NCBI GenBank assembly: GCA_038230035.1
Contig: JBBRNX010000009.1
Location: 11,882-75,881 of the forward strand
DNA from: Gaiellales bacterium
GTDB taxonomy: Bacteria > Actinomycetota > Thermoleophilia > Gaiellales > Gaiellaceae
Reading direction: 5' to 3'
DNA length: 64,000 bases
In this document: one piece after another, positions 53,044-61,723 of the stretch
How positions within the stretch are numbered: position 1 is the first letter of the stretch
How the letters are laid out: each line of letters opens with the position of its first letter
The notes under the pieces: model-generated
The model's database searches: none
What the model was told of the DNA's origin: nothing
Seen by the model: only the letters and a program-made list of their open reading frames with translations
Made by a program: the position numbers and the translations under genes

Positions 53044-54594
53044 TTAGCCCGCGGCCGGGTGCTCTTCTGCGAGCCAGCCGAGCCGGATCGCAGATGCCAC
53101 GGCCTGAGTACGCGAGCGCGCGTCGAGCTTCGCCATCGAGCGGCGAACGTGGGTTTGAACCGTTTCCTCCGCAACGCCGAGCTCGACGCCGACCTCGGCG
53201 CTGGTCTTCCCGTGTGCCAGCAGACCGAGAACCTCACGCTCGCGTGGACTCAGAGAGCCGGCGAGCGGATGCCGCGAGCGAAACTCCTCCGCCTCGAGCT
53301 CACGCCGCTTGCGCTCGTCGATGTCGAGGATCTGCGCGACGGAGTACGCAGGCGTCCCGTCGTCGTCCCTGACGAGAGAGACACTGAGATGGATCCACAC
53401 CACACTCCGGTCCTTGCGGACGTAGCGCTTCTCCATCTGGTACGAACTGAACTCGCCTGCACGAAGCCGCACGCCGAGCGCCAGATCGGGAGCGAGATCG
53501 TCAGGGTGGGTGACGTCGTGAAACCGCATGGTCAGAAGCTCGCCGGCCGTGTAGCCGACGAGTTCGCAGAGAGCATCGTTGACCTTTAGCCAGCGTCCCT
53601 CGGGCGACGCGAGAGCCATGCCGATCGGCGCCGCCTCGAAGGCGCCGCGGAAGCGCTCCTCGCTCTCGCGCAGCGCCCGTTCCGACCGCCGGTGCTCGCG
53701 GAGGTCGCGGATCAGCGCATGAATGCCGACCACCTCGTCACCGTCGCGCAAGACGGTCGCCGTCACCTCGACCGGTATGCGGTTACCGGCAAAGTCGACC
53801 ACGACGTACTCGTAATGGCTCGTCACCTGTTCTCCTCGGAGCTTCGCCTCCACGCTGTTCTTGATCACGTCCGCCCACTCGGGCGCTGCGAAGTCGTTGG
53901 GGCTCAGGCCAATCAGCTCGTCGACCGTGCAACCGAGCAGACGGCAGGCAGCAGCGTTGGCGTCGGTGATGTGCGCCATCGCGTCAACAATGAAAACCGC
54001 ATCGCTCGACGCCTCGAAGAACAAACGCTGACGGGCGTGCGCAGCTTGGATGAGCTCGTTCGCCCGTGCGCGCTCGATCATCCTGACCAGTTGGACGCCG
54101 ACGGTCTGCAGCACCTCGAGAAGGTCGGGATCGGAGCCAATTGGAGTCGTTGAGTAGAACCCCATAACCGCGACGACCTGTTTCCCGACCCGTACAGGAA
54201 CGGCAATCGCACTCTGTAGACCTGCGGCGACAGCATCAGCGGCGGTCGTCAGCGTCGGATCGGCGCCGAGATCTTCGACGATTGACGGCTCGCCGGTCGA
54301 GAGCACGCGATCTATAAGGACATCGGTACTCACCGCTTCCTCCAACCCCGCTCGCAGCCTTGCTAGCCGACGCGCGTCGTCGACATGCCACGCGTGGTGC
54401 GAGGTGATGCCATCAGCAGAGACGAGGCACGCCTGTCCGACAGGCCACCCAGTGAAGTGGCAGATCTCTACCAGGGCGCGCGGGAGCGGCGCGTCGTCGA
54501 CATCGGTTGCGTCGTTCGTGATCGCGGCGATGACGGCGAGAAGGTGGAGCAGGCGGGCTGGCGACTGTGTCGCAGCGCTCCGTTGTTCGTGCAT
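53044..54594 (-). CDS. GAF-PAS-PAS-LuxR one-component regulator
   Basis: GAF (SAIAVPV..VAVMGFYS), two PAS (FFEASSDAVF; FEAAPIGMA..EKRYVRKD), LuxR LSPREREVL..TVQTHVRRSMAKL; GAAGGAG SD before ATG 54594. Confidence 0.87.
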   Translation of the reverse strand: MHEQRSAATQSPARLLHLLAVIAAITNDATDVDDAPLPRALVEICHFTGWPVGQACLVSADGITSHHAWHVDDARRLARLRAGLEEAVSTDVLIDRVLSTGEPSIVEDLGADPTLTTAADAVAAGLQSAIAVPVRVGKQVVAVMGFYSTTPIGSDPDLLEVLQTVGVQLVRMIERARANELIQAAHARQRLFFEASSDAVFIVDAMAHITDANAAACRLLGCTVDELIGLSPNDFAAPEWADVIKNSVEAKLRGEQVTSHYEYVVVDFAGNRIPVEVTATVLRDGDEVVGIHALIRDLREHRRSERALRESEERFRGAFEAAPIGMALASPEGRWLKVNDALCELVGYTAGELLTMRFHDVTHPDDLAPDLALGVRLRAGEFSSYQMEKRYVRKDRSVVWIHLSVSLVRDDDGTPAYSVAQILDIDERKRRELEAEEFRSRHPLAGSLSPREREVLGLLAHGKTSAEVGVELGVAEETVQTHVRRSMAKLDARSRTQAVASAIRLGWLAEEHPAAG

Positions 54595-54671
54595 GTCGTG
54601 CTCCTTCGGCTGGGATGTCCCCTGTTCCGGTGACAAGTGAGGGGATCGGCGGCCCCGGGTGTAACGGGAAT

Positions 54672-54685
54672 CCCCCTTAAGGGGG
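54672..54685. promoter_or_regulatory. Palindrome in the luxR/secreted-operon divergent spacer
   Basis: CCCCCTTAAGGGGG perfect 14-bp palindrome. Confidence 0.35.
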
Positions 54686-54771
54686 GTGCTGTCTACCCGC
54701 CCAACACCGATCGTGGAGCTTGGCCCGAACGATGTCCGACCTGAAACCGGGACAGACCCCAAGGAGACTCG

Positions 54772-55143
54772 ATGACCCTTGTACGCAGACCCAGCCGCAC
54801 GCTGATCGTCGCACTGATCGCAGTCGCGATCGGTGCCGGCGTGTACGCCTACGCGGCGACGAACACGGTGCCGGGCAGCACGGCCGGCTCCGGCTCCGGC
54901 ACGATCAGCGGTTACACGGTGAGCAGCATCGCGTACACGCTGAACTCCACCACGCCGACGAACCTCGACTCGGTGGCGTTCACGATCGCTCCGGCTGCAG
55001 CGAGCACAGTGAAGGTTCAGCTCGCAGCCGCCGGCTCCTGGTACAGCTGCACCAACACGACGGGCAGCGTCACCTGCGCCACGACGTCGCCCCAGGCGAC
55101 GGCAGTTGCCGCGACACAGCTCACGGTCGTCGCAGCGCAGTAG
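54772..55143 (+). CDS. Small secreted Thr/Ser/Ala-rich protein (TasA/pilin-like SipW substrate candidate)
   Basis: AAGGAG SD; hydrophobic leader ending GVYAYAATNTVPGS; two Cys near the C-terminus. Confidence 0.72.
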   Translation: MTLVRRPSRTLIVALIAVAIGAGVYAYAATNTVPGSTAGSGSGTISGYTVSSIAYTLNSTTPTNLDSVAFTIAPAAASTVKVQLAAAGSWYSCTNTTGSVTCATTSPQATAVAATQLTVVAAQ

Positions 55144-55145
55144 GC

Positions 55146-55706
55146 ATGTCCACGGTCGTCGCACCGGCCACGTTCGACGAATCGGCGGCGCGCTCATTGA
55201 GCGCGCCGCCGAACTCGTCTGCTCGCCGACGGTTCGCCCGGACGCGGATGGCTCTCTCGATCGCTCTCGCTGCGGCGGCCTTCGCGGCTACCTGGTGGTA
55301 CGTTGCGCCGCCGCCGCTCGGCGGTTCGACCACCGTTGTCACGGTCGATGGCACCAGCATGCTCCCGAAGCTCCGGCTGTCCGATCTGGTCGCTCTTCGC
55401 CCGCAACACACGTATCGCGTAGGCGACGTCGTCGGCTACCGAAGCGGGCTAATCCATCGCGTCGTCCTGCACCGGATCGTCGCAATCCATGGTGGTCGCT
55501 ACGTGTTCAAGGGCGACAACAACTCCTTTGTCGACCCTGACCGGCCGACGCGATCGCAGCTCGTCGGGCGCCTCTGGATTCACATCCCGTCCGCCGGTCG
55601 GCTCGTCCTGCAGCTCCACCGACCGCCTGTCGCGGCGACGCTCGCCGTACTGCTCGTACTCGTGGCCGGCCTGGGCGGCGGCACGAAGCGACGCCGCTCG
55701 AGCTAG
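55146..55706 (+). CDS. Signal peptidase I, SipW/ER-type (S26B)
   Basis: GTSMLP (Ser), VLHRIV (His), FKGDNN..D; TM segments on both sides. Confidence 0.85.
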   Translation: MSTVVAPATFDESAARSLSAPPNSSARRRFARTRMALSIALAAAAFAATWWYVAPPPLGGSTTVVTVDGTSMLPKLRLSDLVALRPQHTYRVGDVVGYRSGLIHRVVLHRIVAIHGGRYVFKGDNNSFVDPDRPTRSQLVGRLWIHIPSAGRLVLQLHRPPVAATLAVLLVLVAGLGGGTKRRRSS

Positions 55707-55715
55707 GCCATAACG

Positions 55716-56099
55716 ATGGCCAGATGTCTCTTTCGGCTCGTACTCGGGATCAGCGCGCTGGTGTTCTGCTTCGCAGGCCCGGCCCTGAGCGCGAGCAATG
55801 CGGTGCCTGGCACCACGGTCACCCGCTTCGTGACGACGATCACCGCGGACAAGCTGAAGCCGTCCAGCTGCTCTGCCATCACGCTGGCAACGGTAGTAGC
55901 CGGCAGCACGGGAACGGCAGGCAACGACCTCCTGCTCGGGTCCGCCGCTGCAAACACGATGAGCGGCGCCGGGGGCAACGACTGCATCCTCGGCGGCGGC
56001 GGCAACGACGCGATCAGCTGCGGCGCCGGCACGGACGTCGCAATCGGCGGCCCTGGCACCGACACGTTCAACGCCGACTGCGAGACGCAGATCCAGTAG
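55716..56099 (+). CDS. Secreted protein with RTX-like Ca-binding GGxGxD repeats
   Basis: Leader ending ALSASNAVPGT; GTAGND, GAGGND, GGGGND, GAGTD, GGPGTD repeats. Confidence 0.75.
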   Translation: MARCLFRLVLGISALVFCFAGPALSASNAVPGTTVTRFVTTITADKLKPSSCSAITLATVVAGSTGTAGNDLLLGSAAANTMSGAGGNDCILGGGGNDAISCGAGTDVAIGGPGTDTFNADCETQIQ

Positions 56100-56105
56100 C
56101 GGAAG

Positions 56106-57059
56106 CTAGCGCTCGTACCTGACGACGTCTTGAACCGCGTCGTCGATCGCTGCGAGCGTCCTCGCGTCGAGATGCAGCCCTGACGCAACCGCGTTCTCGT
56201 CGAGCTGCTCGGGCCGGCTGACACCGACGATTGCCGAGGCGACGTTCGGCTCCCGCAGCACCCAGGCGAGCGCAAGCTGTGACAGCCGGATGCCGAGATC
56301 GTCCGCGATCGGCCTCAGCCGGTCGACCGCAGCCAGCACGTCGTCGGAGAGGTAGCGCCCGATCGCCCAGCCCATCTTCTCCGAGCTCGCCCGCGTACCC
56401 GCCGGCGGGGCATCACCGGCGCGGTACTTGCCGGTAAGCACGCCTTGAGCGAGCGGCGACCAGACGATCTGCGAGATGCCGTTTGCGGCGCAGACGTCGA
56501 TTACGCCGCGCTCGGGTGCGCGGTGGAGGATCGAGTACTCGGGTTGGCTCGAGACGAACTTCTCGCTTCCCGGCACGTCGAGCGACGCCTGGATCTGCGA
56601 CGGCGTCCATTCGCTGAAGCCGACGTAGCGCACCTTCCCGACGCGGACTGCAGCGGTGAGCGCTTCCATCGTCTCCTTGAGCGGCGTGTCCGAGTCGTAC
56701 CGATGGCATTGGTAGAGATCGACATGGTCGGTGCGGAGTCGGGCGAGCGACGCGTCGAGCTGCTTTTCGACCTGTTTCCGGGACAGCCCGCGGTCGGTGT
56801 CGGACATCGGGAAGTAGAGCTTCGTCGCGAGGACGTACGAGTCGCGCGGCCTCGTGGCAAGGAGCTCTCCGAGGAGCTCCTCCGCCGCACCGCGGTTGTA
56901 GACGTTCGCCGTGTCGATGAAGTTGATGCCGAGGTCGAACGCGCGGTCGACGATCGCCCGCGCCGTGCCGCCGTCGATCCCGCCGCCGAGGGTGAGCCAC
57001 GAGCCGAGGGCGATCTCCGAAACGACGAGATCACTCGAACCGAGGCGGCGATACTGCAT
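56106..57059 (-). CDS. Aldo/keto reductase (K-channel beta-subunit-like)
   Basis: IALGSWLT, GINFIDTANVY, WSPLAQGVLTGKY. Confidence 0.92.
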   Translation of the reverse strand: MQYRRLGSSDLVVSEIALGSWLTLGGGIDGGTARAIVDRAFDLGINFIDTANVYNRGAAEELLGELLATRPRDSYVLATKLYFPMSDTDRGLSRKQVEKQLDASLARLRTDHVDLYQCHRYDSDTPLKETMEALTAAVRVGKVRYVGFSEWTPSQIQASLDVPGSEKFVSSQPEYSILHRAPERGVIDVCAANGISQIVWSPLAQGVLTGKYRAGDAPPAGTRASSEKMGWAIGRYLSDDVLAAVDRLRPIADDLGIRLSQLALAWVLREPNVASAIVGVSRPEQLDENAVASGLHLDARTLAAIDDAVQDVVRYER

Positions 57060-57105
57060 GTCTCCTGTCTATCACGCGACCGCCGACGCCAAGTAGTCTC
57101 GCGGC

Positions 57106-58080
57106 GTGGAGAGGCGAGGACTCGGCGGCAGCGGGATCGAGGTTACGCGGATCGTCCTCGGTTGCGGCAACTTCGGCGGCGTCGGCTCCTCGCCGACGTT
57201 CTTCGGGCAGGGAATCGCGAAGGACGAGGCGTTCCGGATCATGGATGCGGCCTGGGATCTCGGCGTTCGCGCGTTCGACACCGCCGACGCCTACGGAGGC
57301 GGCCACAGCGAGACCTGGATCGGCGAGTGGCTCCAGACGAAGAGCAACGCCGTCCGGGACGAGCTCGCAATCGAGACGAAGACCTTCAACCCCATGGACG
57401 CCGGACACGATCGCGGCCTCTCACGCTCTCGGATCCTGAGGCAGATCGACACGAGCCTCGCCCGACTCGGGGTCGAGCGGGTCGCGCTCTATATGACGCA
57501 CGCCTTCGACTCCGATGTGCGGCAGGAGGAGACGCTGCGCGCCTTCGACTCGCTCGTGCGCGCGGGCAAGGTCGGCGCGATCGGCGCCTCGAACTTCACT
57601 GCTGAGCAGCTCGCCGAGGCGCTCGAGATCTCGCAGCTCGAGGGACTCGCGCGCTACGAGTGGGTGCAGAACTCGTACTCGCTGCTCGACCAGGACGATC
57701 GGCAGACCGTTTTCCCGGTGTTGCGAGCGCATGGGCTCGGCTACGTCCCGTTCGGCCCGCTGGCGGGTGGCTGGCTGACAGGCAAGTACCGGCGCGGCGA
57801 GGCGTTCCCAGCGGGTTCGCGGATGACCCAGCGGCCGGAAGGCTATGCGGAGTACGTGAACGAGCAGGTCTTCGGCGCACTCGAGAGCCTGGAGGCGGAG
57901 GCGGCCGACCGGGGAGTGTCCATGGCCGGACTCGCGCTCGCCTGGCTCCTCGCCCAGCCAGAGGTCACAGGCATCGTGGTCGGCCCGGGCCGCGCCGAGC
58001 ATCTCGCGCCCGCCGTCGAGGCGCTCGGGCTGAATCTGACGAGTGCAGACGTGTCCCGACTGATGGAGGTATTTGCGTGA
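57106..58080 (+). CDS. Aldo/keto reductase
   Basis: LGCGNFGG, FDTADAYGGG, PFGPLAGGWLTGKY. Confidence 0.9.
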   Translation: MERRGLGGSGIEVTRIVLGCGNFGGVGSSPTFFGQGIAKDEAFRIMDAAWDLGVRAFDTADAYGGGHSETWIGEWLQTKSNAVRDELAIETKTFNPMDAGHDRGLSRSRILRQIDTSLARLGVERVALYMTHAFDSDVRQEETLRAFDSLVRAGKVGAIGASNFTAEQLAEALEISQLEGLARYEWVQNSYSLLDQDDRQTVFPVLRAHGLGYVPFGPLAGGWLTGKYRRGEAFPAGSRMTQRPEGYAEYVNEQVFGALESLEAEAADRGVSMAGLALAWLLAQPEVTGIVVGPGRAEHLAPAVEALGLNLTSADVSRLMEVFA

Positions 58081-59045
58081 GCGTCCTGATCCTGACCGAC
58101 GCAGAGGTGCGCGAGCTGTTGGACATGGAGTCGTGCATCGACGCGATGGCGGACGTGCTCGCAGCGCTCCAGCGGGAGGAGCTCTCGATGCCGTTGCGAT
58201 TCATCTTCCGGCCGGCGAACGCGTCTTCGCTGATGGGCTTCATGCCCGCCTATCGCGGTGGCGACGCACCGGTGTTCTCACTCAAGGAGATTGTGATCTC
58301 GCCTGGCAACTCGGCTCGCGGCAAGGATCCGCACCAGGGTGCGGTGATGCTCCACGACGGCGACACCGGTGAGCTACGGGCGCTTCTGAATGCCTCTGCC
58401 GTGACGGAGATCAGGACAGCCGCCGTGTCGGGTGTCGCAACGCGGCTTCTAGCGCGCCCCGACTCGCGCGTGGTTGCGGTGATCGGCGCAGGCGTCCAGG
58501 GACGCTCGCACATCGAGGCGATGCGGTGCGTCCTTCCCGGTGCGGAGATTCGATTGTGGAGCCGTGGCGCAGAACGGGCTGCAGCGCTCGCCACCGAAAC
58601 TGGTGTCGTGCTCGCCGAGACGATCAGGGCGGCACTCGACGGCGCGGACGTCGTCTGCACGACGACGTCGGCGCGCGAGCCGATCATCCAGCACGATCTT
58701 CTCGCGGCCGGAACCCACCTGAACGCCGTCGGCTCCTCGATCGCCTCGGCCCGCGAGCTCGACTCGGAGACCGTCGCCGCAGCGTCGCTGTTCGTCGACC
58801 GGCGTGAGTCGACGGTGAACGAGGCCGGCGACTACCTGATGGCCGCAGAGGAAACAGGGATCGGCTCCGATCACATCAAGGCGGAGCTCGGCGAGTTGCT
58901 CGAAGGCCTCCATCCCGGGCGGACCTCGGCCGACGAGCTGACGCTGTTCAAGTCTCTCGGGCTCGCGGTTGAGGATCTTGCGGCAGCCGAGCTCGTCGTC
59001 GCCCGAGCGAGAGAGCGCGGCATCGGCACGGAGGTCGAGTTCTGA
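58077..59045 (+). CDS. Ornithine cyclodeaminase/mu-crystallin family
   Basis: TEIRTAAVS, VIGAGVQG, HLNAVGS, FKSLGLAVEDL. Confidence 0.9.
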   Translation: MSVLILTDAEVRELLDMESCIDAMADVLAALQREELSMPLRFIFRPANASSLMGFMPAYRGGDAPVFSLKEIVISPGNSARGKDPHQGAVMLHDGDTGELRALLNASAVTEIRTAAVSGVATRLLARPDSRVVAVIGAGVQGRSHIEAMRCVLPGAEIRLWSRGAERAAALATETGVVLAETIRAALDGADVVCTTTSAREPIIQHDLLAAGTHLNAVGSSIASARELDSETVAAASLFVDRRESTVNEAGDYLMAAEETGIGSDHIKAELGELLEGLHPGRTSADELTLFKSLGLAVEDLAAAELVVARARERGIGTEVEF

Positions 59046-59995
59046 TCCCGCTCGCCGAGATCGAGCGCGCGCGGGAGGTGATCGCGAACGACGCGATTCG
59101 GACGCCGCTGGTCAGGCTCCAGGTCGATCTGCCCGACACCGAGATCTGGCTGAAGCTCGAGTGCCTCCAGCCAATCGGCTCCTTCAAGATCCGCGGCGCC
59201 GCGAACGCGATCCGGCAGGCATCGTCCCAAGCCATAGCCCACGGAGTGCTCACGACGAGCGCCGGCAACATGGCGCAAGGCGTCGCCTGGGTGGCACGCG
59301 ATCTCGGGATCCCGGCGACGATCGTCGCGCCCGACCATGCGCCCGAAACGAAGATCGCAGCGATTGAGCGTCTCGGCGGGCGTGTGATCAAAGTCTCGTA
59401 CGCGCGCTGGTGGCAGGCGATGGAGGAAGGGACCTATCCCGGCGTCGAAGGGTTGTTCGTGCACCCGGTGATGGATGACAAGGTGATGGCCGGGAACGGC
59501 ACGATCGGACTGGAGCTCGTCGAGCAACTCGAGGCAATCGACACAGTCCTGATCCCTTGGGGCGGCGGCGGCCTGACGACGGGCATCGCGAGCGCTCTCG
59601 CAGCACGCTCTCCCACGACACGAGTGTTCGCCTGCGAGCCCGAGACAGGCGCGCCCGTGGCAGCCACGCTCGCCAACGGCGGCGATCCCGTGGCGGTCGA
59701 CTACCGCGCCTCGTTCGTCGACGGTTCTGGCTCGAAGGCATTGCTGCCGCCGATGTGGGAACGGGCGCGTGCGCTGCTCTCCGGCTCGTACGTCGTCTCG
59801 CTCGACGAGACGGCTGCAGCGGTCCGGCTCCTGGCCGAACGCTCCCGGGTCGTCGCAGAGGGCGCGGGAGCTCTCGCTGTCGCTGCCGCAATCTCCGGTC
59901 GGGCCGGCAGCGGCAGAATCGTCTGCATCGTCTCCGGAGGGAACATCGACTCGTCGCGGCTGGCCGCGATCCTCGGCGGCTCGACGCCCGAATGA
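59042..59995 (+). CDS. PLP-dependent threonine/serine dehydratase family
   Basis: LKLECLQPIGSFKIRGA, SAGNMAQ, PWGGGGL, VAEGAGAL, VSGGNID; a CTG start at 59042 is proposed (GTG 59078 is the alternative). Confidence 0.88.
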   Translation: MIPLAEIERAREVIANDAIRTPLVRLQVDLPDTEIWLKLECLQPIGSFKIRGAANAIRQASSQAIAHGVLTTSAGNMAQGVAWVARDLGIPATIVAPDHAPETKIAAIERLGGRVIKVSYARWWQAMEEGTYPGVEGLFVHPVMDDKVMAGNGTIGLELVEQLEAIDTVLIPWGGGGLTTGIASALAARSPTTRVFACEPETGAPVAATLANGGDPVAVDYRASFVDGSGSKALLPPMWERARALLSGSYVVSLDETAAAVRLLAERSRVVAEGAGALAVAAAISGRAGSGRIVCIVSGGNIDSSRLAAILGGSTPE

Positions 59996-60035
59996 GGGGG
60001 GCGAGGCAAGCCTCGCCCTATTTCACATCAAGCCT

Positions 60036-60584
60036 CTAGCAGCCGCGCTGGAACGTGACCGAGCGCGCGAGCTTGGCCCACTCCAAGGGAATCGAAACTG
60101 CCTTGCGGATCCACGTGTCGGCGCTCGTTCCCCGCATGACGAGCTTCGCCGATGTGCAGCGCCCGAAGAGCCGTTCGGCCCGGTAGAGGTGGTAGCGCGA
60201 GCTGACGACGATGAGCGAGAGCCAGTGGTTTCGCGTCGCAAGCGCCGCCGCCAGCTGCGCCTCACCGCGCGTCGAGAACGGCTCGGCGTGCTGACAGATC
60301 AGCTGGTAGCCGCTGGGCTTGGGGCCGTGGCACAGCCGGAAGCGCGCCGGGTCGTCGGAGGCGCTTGTCTCCGAGACGACGAGCGTCTTCGCGGCGTGCC
60401 GTCGCATGAGGACGAGGGCGACCGGCAACCTCTTCTGGCTGCCGGCGAGAACAACGACCGCGTCAGCTTTGTGCCCGGGAAGCGGATCGTCCTTGTGCAG
60501 GAGAAACAGCCAGATGCCCAACCCGTAGAGAACTGCCACGGCGATGACCAGAAATGAGATGACGGATCGCATCGGATAGAACAT
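60036..60584 (-). CDS. YdcF/DUF218 (ElyC/SanA-like) protein
   Basis: N-terminal TM, ADAVVVLAG, STRGEA, VVSSRYHLYRA, EWAKL. Confidence 0.82.
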   Translation of the reverse strand: MFYPMRSVISFLVIAVAVLYGLGIWLFLLHKDDPLPGHKADAVVVLAGSQKRLPVALVLMRRHAAKTLVVSETSASDDPARFRLCHGPKPSGYQLICQHAEPFSTRGEAQLAAALATRNHWLSLIVVSSRYHLYRAERLFGRCTSAKLVMRGTSADTWIRKAVSIPLEWAKLARSVTFQRGC

Positions 60585-60589
60585 TCGGC

Positions 60590-61723
60590 GTGCGCACGAT
60601 CACAACGACCGCGCTTCGACGCCTCGTTGTCGATGCCCAAGGGTACGCGGGGCGTCGGAGGACAGCGTCGGCGCGCGAGGTTGCGGAGTTGATCCGCCGC
60701 CTGTCGTGCGTCCAGCTCGACTCGATCTCTACCGTCGACCGCAGCCACCGGATCGCCATCTCTTCTCGGGTCGGGGCGTACAAGCCCGACACCGTCTCGA
60801 AGCTGCTGCGCGGCGGCCGCGTCTTCGAATACTGGGCGCACGAGGCATGTCTCCTCCCGGCTGAGGACTGGCCGTTGTTCGCGGCGGCGATGCGTAACGG
60901 CGGCCGGCGCTGGTATGGCGACGTCGACAAGACGCATCCGCATCTCGCGGACGAGATTCTGGACGAGATCCGCACTCGCGGACCGCTCGGTTCCCGTCAT
61001 TTCGAAGGCTCGACCGAGGGCGGGATGTGGAACTGGAAGCCGGCCAAGGCGATGCTGGAACGGCTGTGGAACACCGGCGCGCTGGTAACGGCCGATCGGC
61101 AGGGCTTCCAACGCCTCTACGACCTCCCCGAACGTGTGCTGCCACGAGCTGTTCTCGACGCGCCCCCTCCGAGCGACGCCGAACGCCTGCGCGCGCTCGC
61201 CTTGAAGGCTGTCTCCGCGCGGGGGGCACTCACCGAGGCCGGCATCGTCGAGCACTGGCGGCTCAAGGGTGGGGTCGCGCGCGTGCGCCCGTCACTCGAC
61301 GGCCTGGTCGCCGACGGCCTGCTCGAACGCGTGCAGGTCGACGACGGTGGCGCGCCCGTGGTCGTCTGCGCCGGCCAAGAGCTCGATCGGCCTGCGCCGT
61401 CGGCGGCGGTCCTGCTCTCCCCGTTCGACAACCTGTTGTGGGATCGGCCGTTCGCGCGTCGCGTCCTCGGCTTCGACCACCTGATCGAGGTCTACAAGCC
61501 AGAGCCGCAGCGTGTGTACGGCTACTACGTGCTACCGCTGCTCTGGCGGGATCGCATCGTGGGACGAGCCGACCTCAAGTCGGATCGCGCCGCTGGGACG
61601 CTCCTTGTCAAGGCATTTCATCGCGAGCCGGGCGTCCGCGCGTCCGGCGCGCTCGACGAGGCATTCGATCGGGCGCTCGACCGCCTGCGTGTGTCGATCG
61701 GGTTAGAGCGGGTCCAGCGATGA
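60590..61723 (+). CDS. YcaQ/AlkZ-like winged-helix DNA glycosylase, copy 1
   Basis: VQLDSISTVDRSH, FEYWAHEAC, LLSPFDNLLWDR, GYYVLPLL..GRADLK. Confidence 0.88.
   Translation: MRTITTTALRRLVVDAQGYAGRRRTASAREVAELIRRLSCVQLDSISTVDRSHRIAISSRVGAYKPDTVSKLLRGGRVFEYWAHEACLLPAEDWPLFAAAMRNGGRRWYGDVDKTHPHLADEILDEIRTRGPLGSRHFEGSTEGGMWNWKPAKAMLERLWNTGALVTADRQGFQRLYDLPERVLPRAVLDAPPPSDAERLRALALKAVSARGALTEAGIVEHWRLKGGVARVRPSLDGLVADGLLERVQVDDGGAPVVVCAGQELDRPAPSAAVLLSPFDNLLWDRPFARRVLGFDHLIEVYKPEPQRVYGYYVLPLLWRDRIVGRADLKSDRAAGTLLVKAFHREPGVRASGALDEAFDRALDRLRVSIGLERVQR

Noticed and set aside
53044-55197. 717-aa LuxR protein
   Set aside because: The first 201 codons are antisense to the secreted-protein operon; the SD supports ATG 54594.
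54720-55706. 328-aa signal peptidase
   Set aside because: The N-terminal part overlaps the 54772-55143 gene out of frame; ATG 55146 fits better.
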